From NCBI GenBank assembly GCA_010093605.1, contig MU004189.1, positions 441,834 through 505,833 of the forward strand: 64,000 bases of DNA. The letters run 5' to 3'. Every line of letters begins with the position of its first letter. The stretch's first letter is position 1. The position numbers and the translations under genes are program-made. This document shows, piece after piece, positions 35,669-47,401 of the stretch. The notes under the pieces were generated by a model that worked only from the letters and a program-made list of their open reading frames with translations, did no database searches and was not told the origin of the DNA. This DNA comes from Lophium mytilinum. Lineage: Eukaryota.

Positions 35669-36726
35669 ATGCCTTCGTAAGTTTTCCCTTGATTCGCATC
35701 CGCTCAAAGCGCACCATCTGACCAACCCCTCACAGCACTTCTAACCTCGCCCACGATCCCTCTATTCCACAGGTAGGCGTATGCCATTTCCTGCGCCTAC
35801 CACAAGAACTCCGCGACATCATCTACGAATACGCCATCACCGAGCCCAACAACCGCGTCATATGCTGCCAACAAGGGAACCGCCAAGTGCTCGCAATCTC
35901 TTCACCAAGCCCCATCGCCGCCAACCCGAGCCTAAGCGAAGCAAATCAGCTTCAATTCGTCTCCAAGCAACTCCGCGCCGAGACTCTCGACCTAACGCTC
36001 AAGTTCAACCCGACGGTGGCCTTCCTAGGCATTGTGGAAGAGCGTGGCGACTCTTCCGCATACGGCCAATGCAACCACTTCCTGATGAACTGCAACAACT
36101 TCCTGATGAACTGCGCTCGTGCCATTCTAGCCAAACTGTCTTGTATCGAACTCGAGCTCAGCGGAAATATCTCATACCTCCCAATTGGGTCCATCCAGTC
36201 TTTGGCTAGCAAACTCTATCACATGAATCCTCAAGCTTCCATGGTCGTCCGCCTGGTCCATTGGAATATCATGAGCGACGAGTTCATCTGGTATTTTAGC
36301 GAGTACGGCGAGTATCTCATATACGCGTGTCAGTTTGTTCGATTTGAGAATGTGCCGAATCTGAGGTTCAGGCCGGCCGGGGATCTGGATAGGAAGCGGC
36401 TGAGGCGGAAATTGCTCAGGGAGATGCGGGACTATTTCCCAAGTGGGGAGAGAGAGAAGATGCTGGAGGAGGCAAAGCGGTGGTATAAAGACGGGCTTCC
36501 GAGAACTTCCAAAGCTGGAGAAGGTGTCGGTGGTCAGGATGACGTCGAGGACGATGAGGACGAACACCCTGAGGATGACGAGGACGAGTTTGTCTTTGAT
36601 GAGGGAGATCTCCAATGTCTCTTCGATTACGAGGAGGAATCAGAGTATCCTTCTGATACCGAGGTTCTTGAAGACGGCGAAGGTGGCGAGGATGAAGAGG
36701 AGCTTGATGGAGAAACAGACGACTAA
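35669..36726 (+). CDS. F-box-like array paralogue 8 with acidic C-terminal extension
   Basis: ATG CCT TC|intron 35677-35735|C gives MPSTSNLAHDPSIPQVGVCHFLRLPQELRDIIY...NQLQFVSKQLRAETLDLTLKFN...PNLRFRPAG...KRWYKDGL plus a ~60-aa D/E-rich tail. Confidence 0.88.
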
Positions 36727-37136
36727 GTGGCGGTTCCTCACGTCCTAGGGCAATCTGTAGCGGCAACACCAGAGCCTCTTGAGGAAATTGCGTTGTTTCT
36801 GCGGAAAGCTCTACGTGCACTAATTCCCGATCTACTTAAGAGAATAGGAATAAATCTGAGAAATCGACAGTTTCTGGCCCAAAGCTTGGGCATCCGACGC
36901 TGATAAAACATGTGGTTTGAAGTGGGTGAGATCATCGTGAAAAAATGTTGATGGTGCGATGAGTTAAGGCTCGGAATACGGTCAGTTGTTAGTGCTCCGA
37001 ACGGATCAAATCCTCTAGACCGATACTTGGAACGGTCATCATTCAGAGAAATTCAATGCATTTTGAATTACCTACCAATTTGCACCGACTGTGCGGCGTG
37101 AAAGTACTATACATATGCTTGGCCTACCTAGCTCTT

Positions 37137-38394
37137 CTACCAGGTCGTAGGAACTTTCGGATATTCCGATTTGCTCATCTTCAGATCGTCGAACACCGAG
37201 TCATCGCCTGCAGTAAGTCAGTACCATGTTGAGACGACGCCAGCGATATCACACGTACCATGCAAATGCTGAACCCTCAGCTCGTCCTCATGCTCCAGCT
37301 TCTCCATCTCCTCAAGTGGGGTCTCCTTATCGTCGTTTTTCTGATCTTTGGACGTCGGCTCAACCGCTGTTCCGAGGTCATTGTTGTTCCCTTCGCCTAT
37401 GAGAAGGATTTGAGCATTGGGATAGTCGAGGTAGTTCGGCTTCACCTCTGCCCATGCTAGGCCTCGGAATTCTTCTATTATCCTAGTGCGACGTTAGTGA
37501 TGCGCTTCAGTGGAAGCGCGAAAATACGTACTCTTTCGGGAACTCCGGACCTTGTGGAAGACTTGCATTGGCAGGACCCTTTCGAGTGGGATTCTTGATA
37601 CTTATAGCAAAGCTGCCTTGCGACCGTAGTCCGAGTTCCTCCTGTACCTCTCCCGGCTCGGATGGAATTGTGAGCATGTATACCAAGTGAGTGGAGTTCT
37701 CCACCCGGGTGATAGCATAGACGCCCTCACCGACGGTGTTAATCGGATGGTTGTGACGCGTTCCGGCGGTTTGCGTCTCATACGTCGATCCCTGGAAAAA
37801 TTTCTCTTTCAGGTCTTTCATCGTGGTATTGGCCTTCTCGACAAACGCCATGAACTTGTCGTTGGGTGTTTTGGGGAAGACCTTCTTCGGAAGTGCAAAA
37901 AGGCGGTTGGTATTAGACTCGTCGATAGATCCTTCGCCCAGCTTGGCACCGACGGGAATAGGGCGCATGACGAAGTAGGTGCGCTGCAGGTCTGCAGCAC
38001 TCTCTGCGTCATCAATGCCTACGCGCTTCCGAGTAAAGAAGTAGATGATACCCTTTTCGAGGATGTTTGAAGGCATGGCTTTCGCACGCTCTGGGGACGT
38101 TTCGATAGCTTTGCCATTTGTCTCTGTCTCCATGGTGTCGTCCCCGCCCTCGGTAGAAGATTCCTCTTTCTCGTCTTCTGACTTTTGGTCCGATTCGTTT
38201 TCATTTTTCGGCACATCCTTGTCCTGTTCATCACCACTTTGCTCTTGTCCTAGCATAGTCTGCTCGATCGTCTTTTGCTTCTTTTGCGTATCTTCCTTTC
38301 CCTGCTTAGCCTGAGGTGAGCTATTGGTATCTGCTTTGCGCTTCATTCCCGCAGCCGTCTCCTTGGTCTGGGATCTGAGGTTTGTTCCGGCCAT
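37137..38394 (-). CDS. Conserved fungal protein of unknown function (LEKGIIYFF...GEGVYAI...HLVYMLTIP...SIKNP family), 2 introns
   Basis: Charged low-complexity N-terminus followed by a globular block. Last exon reads GDDSVFDDLKMSKSEYPKVPTTW*. Splice sites are canonical. Confidence 0.82.
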
Positions 38395-39019
38395 GGTGTC
38401 TAGGATTGGGTTGTCAGCTACGCGAACGCAAGCGAAATATGAGAAATAGGCTAGAAGCCAGTGGAAGTCGCTATATGAAAGATGAATAGGCATATGGGCA
38501 GCATATGAACAACTATACCCTTTTGACTTAGGGTATACTGTAATGGAACGATAGGGTACAAGCAATAGTAGCAAATGAGTTGCTCACCTGATTTTGGATG
38601 GACTGCAATTGATTGATTCACTTGGTTTTTACTTGGTAACGGGAATGAGAGATACTGTAGACGCGTTGTTGAGGTCGCGGTCGACTGAGGACGTATGTAG
38701 TCCTTTACCCCATTCGCGTGGTGATGACGTATTCGTGACATTTTGTCAAATGTGCACTAGGAACGTGTCTTTCACGCGACATAACTAAGAATGTAATACT
38801 TCCTCCGCATGATGCAGACTAAAGGTAATGCAGACCCTTGTCTTGTACGCCGACGAAATCTAAGGATGGTCAAAGTGGTACTTCTTGTATGTACAAGGTT
38901 TCCGGAAATACCCAACAACCTTTATAAATACAGATTTCAAGGAAGTAATTTTGATAGTGCCATGTCTGCTATCCTGCTCTTTATGCACATTTGTTGGCCT
39001 TACTACGCGTTAGATCCCA

Positions 39020-39949
39020 TTATTGAGACTTTGCCATCGATTCGATAGCAGCTCCAATACCCTCCGGACTCGGCTGGCTTGCACAAACATCCGGGGTAAA
39101 TCCAAATTCAGTCTCCAGATAATCTCGAGTCGTAGGCCCGATAGTAGCAATCAAAATGCCCTGTCGCTTAGGATCAGATCTGACTTTGCCATAGTCGTCC
39201 AGCATGTCCAGACTCTCGAGCATTGCCTTGCATCCGGTAGGAGAGAACACCACGACCCATTGCTTCTCCAGCCCGCGCTCAGTATTTTGCTTCCATATCG
39301 ATGAGAAATGTGACTTGAACAATTGCATTTCTCCCGTCTCGTAAATGACGAGCTCATCTACTTTCGATCTACGCTCGAGCGGTAGACTCTCTGACTCTAG
39401 CGTCTTGGGAATTATATCTCTTCTCTTTTCACCAACAAGAAATAGAATCGGCGGCTTTGGCGATCCCTTGTGGATTGAATCATAATGATCGAGGATGAAA
39501 GCGGCAAGAGCTTCGCCATTTCCACTCTCTTCGCCTAAGATGGGGCACTGAAGATTCAAAGATCGCAAACCCCGAGCTGTAGCTGGCCCAACGACATAAA
39601 GTGGCGTGCTAGCCGGGAGTAAGTCGTCTAAAGATCCGGTTGCCGTGCTCCGGATGTCATTGATAACCTTTGTAAAAGCTTCGACGGCTCGTTGAGAGGT
39701 GAAGATCATGGCGCCATACTTGGACTTATATTTTCCAGCTTTTGCGGCGAGGGCGCCACTGGATACGTACTCCCTCACGTTCTGAAGTGAATCACTCTTG
39801 AATCTGTGCTCGAGAACCGGGACAAACACTGGATCAAAGCTGCCATTGTCAAAGGATGAGAAATACTCTTCGTATCCATCATGCGGAGATGACTTGGTTT
39901 TGAGCAACAAAATAGGAGTTTTCCCCTTTTTGTAAGAGGAATTAGCCAT
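39020..39949 (-). CDS. HEM4: Uroporphyrinogen-III synthase
   Basis: Motifs ILLLKTKS, FVPVLEH, IFTSQRAVEA, YVVGPATA, LFLVGEKRRDIIP, VVFSPTG and TIGPTT. Confidence 0.93.
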   Translation of the reverse strand: MANSSYKKGKTPILLLKTKSSPHDGYEEYFSSFDNGSFDPVFVPVLEHRFKSDSLQNVREYVSSGALAAKAGKYKSKYGAMIFTSQRAVEAFTKVINDIRSTATGSLDDLLPASTPLYVVGPATARGLRSLNLQCPILGEESGNGEALAAFILDHYDSIHKGSPKPPILFLVGEKRRDIIPKTLESESLPLERRSKVDELVIYETGEMQLFKSHFSSIWKQNTERGLEKQWVVVFSPTGCKAMLESLDMLDDYGKVRSDPKRQGILIATIGPTTRDYLETEFGFTPDVCASQPSPEGIGAAIESMAKSQ

Positions 39950-40422
39950 GGTGGAAGAGAGAGGGGTCGAGACAGAAAGGTCGATGGGGATATCAAGGCA
40001 ACTCGGTAGCGAGGTAGAGGGCAAGTTAGAAAGGGCCGATTATTTGGGGATACACTATCAAAACCCACGAGTTGTATATGGCATCTCAACAGCCACATAC
40101 TGGTTAGACAAGGGCCAAATAAAGGCGGTTATATGCGTCTATACCTGGTCCCTACTATTAAGTACCAATACGCTTCATTTTCAGATATCTAGCTACAGCA
40201 TGCGTTGCCCTTGTATCGGAAGAGCGGTAAACTGCGGCTTAGCTTCTTTACTGTGTAAGCGACACCAGCTGGCGGTCGGGAAAAGCTTCCTCACATAAAT
40301 TCCCACGACGTTGCACCATCTCGAATCCTGTCCGCAACTACCTCCGCACCCCCACAACCACAGCTCCCTGCACCAACACCTCCTGTATACCATCAGTGGT
40401 GTCAGATTGTCTCCGCGCCACC

Positions 40423-42160
40423 ATGGCCGATGTAGCAACCCCCTCGGCCGCAACCCTGGCCACCTCCGATGCCACCGCCTCGACTGCTTCCGCCGAGAAG
40501 TCGAAGCCGCAATTCGTCAAGCCTGAGAAACCAGACGAGGAGAAATTTCATAAGGAGGAACCCAAGGCTAAGAAGGAGCATGCCGCGGCGCAGGAGAAAT
40601 TTGTACGATGCCCTCAATTGAACTACATACCCTTCACACCCAACATCTGCATGCTCCACCGCAGACGTGGTGGGGCTCTTCATGGTACAGCCTACAGTGT
40701 CTAACTCTATTCCACTCTTAGAACGCCGCTCGCGCGAAACAAGACCTTGCCCGACCGAACAATCGGGATTCTCCTAATGCGAAGAGGCAGCAGGAGCTCA
40801 AGAGCGAATTGAAGAAGATCGGGGAATTGCAGAGAGGGAGCAAGTCTGGGAGGAATGCCATCTTTGAAAAGATGAAGAAGCTCGACGAGCAAATCAAATC
40901 CCGGCAGAACGAACTCAAGACTGCGAAGGGCCGCATCAACTTTCGCACCGTTGACGATGTGGACCGGGAGATCGATCGCCTCCAGAAACAAGTCGATACT
41001 GGCACAATGAAACTAGTTGATGAGAAGAAGGCACTCTCGGAGATCAGCAGTCTGCATAAGGCGCGGAAGAATTTCGCTACTTTCGATCAAATGCAAAAGG
41101 CGATCGACGAGTTGAGGGGTCAACATTCGGAACAGAAGAAGCTACTGGATGACCCTGAGCAGAAAGCGCTCAGCGACAAATACACAGTTCTCCAGAAGGA
41201 GTTGGATGGTCTCAAAGCTGAGGAGGATGACGCTCACAAGAATTCGAGGTCTCTTAAAGATGAGATGCATAAGGCTCACGCAGAGATGCAAGAGAAGTGG
41301 GTTGCGCTGAAAGAAATCAGAGACAACTATCACTCCCAAAAGAAGGCTTTTTCGGATTACGATTACCAGGCGAGAATGGCTAGGCGAGAAAAGCACAAGC
41401 AAGAACAGAAGGAATGGGAAGCCAACAAGCGGAAAGAGGTCGCGGCACAGAAGCTTGAGGAGGCCAGCGCACCTGCGTACCAGGACGATATCATTACTGC
41501 TGAAGGCCTCATTCGATACTTTGACCCTTCAGCTGTTGCCGCCAAGGAAGAAAGCGCTCCCAGTCAATTTACCGCTGCCGCTCAGCGAACGGTCGACGCT
41601 GCTGGTCTGAAAGGTACAAAATTGGTAAAGAAAGATGAAGAGGAGTACTTCATGGGAACTGGAGGCAAGAAGGGAAAGAAGGGAAAGAAGACTAGCGCTC
41701 CTAAACCCGCTGCTGAAGGCAAGTTCAACCTTAGCATCGGAGTGATTGAGCAGCTGTCCAAAATCGGTGTCGATGCTCCATCGAGTCAAGCCGGTGTGCC
41801 TGCTGTCGTAGAGAAGTTGAAGGAGAAGCTTGACTTCTGGAAGAAGGACCAGGACCGCAAGACTAAAGAAGTGAGTTGAAGGCGCCCAGTGCAATTACTC
41901 TAATAATAAATACTAATTATCACCAGAACGTGGCCAAGGCCCAGAAGGAAATCGATCGCCTTGAGGCTGCAGAGGATCAGGCAGAGCATGGCAGCAAAGA
42001 TACTGCCCGCAAGCCTGCTCAGAAGAACCAGGCCGTGAATGGAGGCCATGTCTCCGCTACTGCGGAGCTAGAACAAGAGAAGGACGCCGTGGCCGACGCT
42101 GCCGAGGATCTGAAGGTGGCGAGCCTTGAGGACGGCGATGAAGTGTTGGCAGATGCTTAG
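40423..42160 (+). CDS. BFR1: Bfr1-like coiled-coil mRNP/nuclear segregation protein, 2 introns
   Basis: Motifs KPEKPDEE, VDREIDRLQKQVDTGTMKLVDEKKALSEISSL, EEASAPAY, YFMGTGGKKGKK and KLKEKLDFWK. Confidence 0.88.
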
Positions 42161-42590
42161 AGGGCTAAAACATCTCCACGACGGCGGTCATAGTAAGGGC
42201 AAGGCCTAGCATGTGTTGCTTAATTCCAGAGCATAAAATGTCCTGTTTGGATGCAGGAAGGGACTGTATCAAGGCTGGTCTATCTACTTGCGCTCAGAAT
42301 GAGCAAGAGGGCTATACGAATCTATTCGAACTTCATTCACTGCCTCAATCCAAGTCTTAGGTGCGGTGTATTGTAATCCGATGTGTGGCGCACGATGGCC
42401 CAAGCTTCATCTGTGGCGCATCGATGTCATCGCCGCTAATGGAACCTCCAACTACTACATCATCGCCTTCTTCTAGCAGCATGCTGTATCAATAGCAACG
42501 AGACGTTGAATACACATGTTGCAGGTTGGCTAAATAATCTCATTCATTTGTTTCCAATTCATTCATCCTTAACCCAGCCCCATCTCCAAG

Positions 42591-44978
42591 ATGGCCACAC
42601 CTGGAGGTCGGAAAGCAGACCAGAATGAAGATAATCGGCATGATTGCACTTCAATGCGTGCTACTACCGGTTATATGCCCGTGAGACCTTCAATTGAAAA
42701 CTTTCCAGGGCATCCGATGCTAATCCAACTCAGATTGAAGATTATGGGCTCATTGGCAATATGAGAACATGTGCCTTGGTGGCTACTGACGGAGGATTAG
42801 ACTACATGTGCTGGTATAATAGATTCTTCCGCTTGGGTTTCAGATCTTAACGCTTTTCAGGCCTGAATTTGACTCCCCGTCCGTCTTCTGCCGCCTTCTC
42901 GACAAGGACAAGGGCGGATACTTCGCCATCAGCCCTAAGAAAGGCCTCAGCCTCACTACTAAGCAGCAATATCTCCCAAGCAGTAACGTCCTGCAGACCA
43001 GATATCTCCACGAAGATGGTGTACTCAACCTGATCGACTTCTTCCCCCGGCCGAACTCCAGGATCCTAGACGCGCAGGCCCTGAACGAGATTGTGTCTGG
43101 CGCCAAGCGAGGCGTCGTGCCACAGCGACTGATGCTCAAAAAGTGGCTCTGTCGCAGAGTTGAATGTATACGCGGTGAAGTCGAGGTTGACGTGGAGGTG
43201 TTCCCTGCCTTCAATTATGCGCAAGATAAGCATACTACGGAAGTCACTAATCAGAGAGGCGAAACTTCTGAAGGGGAGCTTCGGCAGAAGGTAATCTTTC
43301 GGTCGAAGGATCTCACCTTGGAGCTGAATGCTACTGTTGATTGTGGAGAGGATCCCGCCGAAGGATGCCCGTTGCTTGTGTTTTCAAAAAAGGATGAAAA
43401 TTCTCCATTAGGGCAAGGAGTCAGTGCGACTTTCAAGCTCAAGGAGGGCCAGGCAGTATCATTCGTCCTGCGAGATCATGAAAACGATGATGATATTGAG
43501 CATATCACGACGACCCTTATCGATCAGACTCAGTCGGATACTCAGACTTATTGGTTCAATTGGATATCCCAAAAGTACAGTACCTCATGAGAAACGGAAG
43601 TCAATTGTGTAAGATTGCTAACTCAATCTAGCAACTACAAAGGCCGATGGCGAGAGAAAATCTCCCGAAGCCTCATGATCCTTAAGATGCTCACCTACGA
43701 GCCCACCGGCGCCATCATCGCCGCACCCACCTTCTCCCTTCCCGAAGACATCGGCGGCTCACGAAACTGGGACTACCGCTTCTCCTGGGTGCGGGACAGC
43801 TCCTTCACCATCTACATCTTCCTCCGCATGGGCTTCACCTTAGAAGCAGAAGCGTACATGAACTTCATCAGCGACCGCCTACGCTACTCTCGCACTCCAG
43901 AAGGCGCTCTGCCCATCATGTTTAGTACGCCACCCCTTCCCCACCCCATCCCCCCTACCAACACAACTAGGCATCCGCGGCGACACCGACCTCCCCGAAA
44001 TCGAGCTCTCCCATCTCGACGGCTACCGCGGCAGCAAACCCGTGCGCATCGGCAACGGCGCCGCCTTCCACAAGCAACTCGACATCTACGGCGAGCTCCT
44101 CGACGCCATCTACCTCTACAACAAGTACGGCAAGCCCGTCTCCTACGACCAGTGGCTCGCCGTGCGCTCCCTCACCGACTACGTCTGCGGCATCTGGAAC
44201 ACTCCAGACATGTCCATCTGGGAAGTCCGCGGCACGCCGCAGAACTTCGTCTACTCGAAAATCATGCTCTGGGTAGCTCTCGACCGCGCGCTGCGGCTCG
44301 CGGAGAAGCGCAATTTCCCGTGTCCGCGCCGCGCGGAGTGGTTGGCGACCCGGGACCAGATCTGCGAGGATGTGATGGAGAAGGGGTTCAATCCGGCGCT
44401 GGGGTCGTTTATTCAGAGCTATGAGGCGAGGAATGTGTTGGATAGCGCGGTGTTGATTGCGCCGTTGGTGTTTTTTGTGGCGCCGAACGATCCGAGATTC
44501 ACGGGGACGTTGGAGGCGATTCTGAGGCCGGTCGAGAAAGGGGGCCTGACGAGTACGGGGTTGGTATATCGGTATAATCATGAGAGGAGTGATGATGGTA
44601 TGTTGCGTGCGCTCTGGAGAGTTAGATGGGTTGAGGAGGCTAATGTGTGTTTAGGGGTTGGCGGACGGGAAGGTGCATTTAGTATGTGTACGTTCTGGCT
44701 TGTGGAGGCGTTGACTAGAGTGAGTGTCTCTCATCGCACTTGATACATTTTTGCTGACACTATGGCAGGCTGGTGCTTATGACAAGAAGTATCTTGTACA
44801 GGCTATCAATATCTTCGAGAATATGCTTTCATATGGTAATCATCTTAACATGTTCAGCGAGGAGATATCAAGATCTGGGGAACAGCTCGGCAACACTCCG
44901 CAAGCATTCTCTCATCTCGCGCTCATCAGTGCGGCATTCAACTTGAATAGAATCACGGCAGGGCAAGGCGGTGTTTGA
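42591..44978 (+). CDS. Glycoside hydrolase family 15 (glucoamylase/trehalase-like), multi-intron
   Basis: Motifs [78 protein letters not shown] and [14 protein letters not shown]. Confidence 0.93.
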
Positions 44979-45153
44979 TGGGTTATTGCAATACTACGGC
45001 CTTGCACCGAATATGCTTTTTCATCATCCTCAGGAGCCGCTCTCCATGGAGTTCGTGACTGTCTCTGTCAGTGGCCGACGTGACACCTTAAACCATGTAC
45101 CGTTTCAGCTTTGAGACCTTCGTTCCCATCAGCCAAGAAGGTCCTGAACAGAC

Positions 45154-45946
45154 CTACTGTGCAGTAGAGCGCCCTAAGAACTGTCAGTCAACCCTCTTCA
45201 ACACATCTTAAGTTGCAACTCACACTGCGCAATCTCCGCCTCGTCCAAGTACCTCAGCCTGTTCACGCTCGGCGCCTCTCCCGTCGCGACACCCTTTGCA
45301 AGCTCCACAAGCCCGCCAATCACCGTACGCTTGCTGATCGCGTACTGAGCAGTCACCGTCTTGACGCGGATGAGGCAGATACGCGGGTCCGATGGACCTC
45401 CATCATGGACGCCGTCACCCAGGTCTCCGATCCAGGCTTTCAGCGCTGGAGAGTAGTACTTCTCAACGTCGGCGCGGTCGGTGCTAATGGTTGCTTTGCC
45501 GCTGAGGGAGGCCCATTCGCCTGATGAGTTGAGGAAACCGAGGTTGATGTCGGAATCGGAGGCGAGGTCGTCGGTTTTGCCTGACTCGGTGTTGGAATGG
45601 AAGATCAGGTCGACGCCTCCACCTTCCTGAAGAGATATTAGTGAGGTAAAAGGGAGCGATGTGGGGTGAGAATGGTTTGAATTAGGAGCTGAAGGGAACG
45701 AGCTTGGTATATGAAAGAGTCCTGGGATACAGGCATAGGACGAGCACTCACCTTCGCAGCGAGCGCCATGCATCGTGAGGCAAGAAGCCCACTGCTCTCT
45801 ATCCTCGTGGTCATCATGCAGAACTTGCTCTTGTCGATGAAGGCGACCAAGTCCTCGACCTTATCCTTGAGGGATGCGACCTCAATGTTCTTCTCCTTGT
45901 ATGGGTCGGCGGCCTTGTTGCCGGTGTCTGCGTTGGAGAAAGACAT
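45154..45946 (-). CDS. bli-3: Blue-light-inducible protein Bli-3 (FMN-binding split barrel, pyridoxamine-oxidase-like), 2 introns
   Basis: MSFSNADTGNKAADPYKEKN, KFCMMTT, SRCMALAAKE, DLIFHSNTESGKTDDL and KAWIGDLGDGVHDGGPSDPRI. Confidence 0.88.
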
Positions 45947-47401
45947 GTCGAACAGGAGAATGGGTGGTTTGGTGATTGGGGTTGGGTCAGTATTCGAGTA
46001 TGTTGTGTAGAGGATTTCTGAGCTGGTGACTGGCTAAAAGATTAGTATGATCTGAGCCTTGGTTGACCGAGAGTCTAAATATAAGCCCATTCGGCGCAGG
46101 AATGGAGAATTGAAGCTCGTTATGGAAGAAGACCCCTCATTGTGTTTGGTATCGTGTGCTTGCTCATGATGTTGCTGTTCTTTAATGGAATCGAAATGAC
46201 AGCATTTGCAGAGACAGTTGAGATTCCACGTACCTCGATAAAATCTGTACAAAGTATTCTGAGAAAGTAGAGACAATCGAGGAAGAAGTCGAGCAATACG
46301 AAAGAATTAAGAGGTGATGAGTCTTTGACGTCATTGTACCTAGTCTAAAGCGGTCACGTGTGCAATTAAGTCGATGACCTGTACCACGCCAAAGTTCCCT
46401 AGCTTCTTTCTCAATATCATCCATCATATGTTGCAAGTCTCGCTTTCTCTAGAACTGAAAGGTAATGCCAAGAACCCCGGACTGAAACAGCTAGTACATA
46501 CATACGATATCCCAATGTGCACCCAAGCGATTTCCTTTCCCCTTCAAGGAACCGCGCTCCAGCCTGAGACGTGAGAGTAGGACCATTTCCTGGGTTCAAG
46601 GGCCCAGTTCTCGAGTAACTTACTTTCCGATGGGGAACATCCCAAGGCTGATTTGCGTTACTTTTATTATCCATGCATGGTTAGAGCTACGAGTGGCTCA
46701 TACGGCCCAACTTTGTCTAGGGGTCTAGAGGCTTTATCGTTGCCGAATCATCCAAGGGCAACATTGGCATGTGTTGGTTCCCAATCCATAGTGTTCAAGT
46801 GCTGATAAGGAGTAGGAGTAGGTGCAGGAGGCCTGCTGGGAATAAAAGATTATTCTAATTGTGAAGAGGCTGGTGTGACGGCGAGCATCCTGAATGCGGA
46901 TAATGTCATTGCAATGCTTCTGGAAAGGAGTAGCGTTGCTGGCCATCGCGGTATCCTCCAGAACTTGAATCCTCAAATCGCATGTGGAGGTGAATATCGG
47001 AAAAGAATCATTCATGATGACAGACTCCAGCAGTTCTCCTTCCACATGAGCAAGATAGTCGCGTACGTCTATGTTGGCTCCCTGCCTCATGTATTGAAGC
47101 TTGTCTGAGCCGTTGGGGCCTGTGGATGAGAGAACCGGGAGTCTAGGAAGGTTCGAAAGTCCTCTATCGTATATAATGCATGGTTGCTCAGTTATGGTAG
47201 GACAATCCTGGCAGCGGTGTTGATGAGTCAGTCAAACATCACAGCCACCAAAATCGCGTTTCGCAATCCACAGATTCATTGCCATTCCTCCATCTAGACC
47301 TCAAAGACCTTACGACCATCAAGCCCTCCATTCACAAGGTCCTCTCCGCAAAACCAAAAACATCAGTATTACATTTGCTCTTCAAAAGCGCATCCATCGT
47401 A

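Noticed and set aside
46034..47330. Short ORFs between bli-3 and the NLR gene
   Set aside because: No motifs, no consistent splice model, and no repeat or tRNA structure found.
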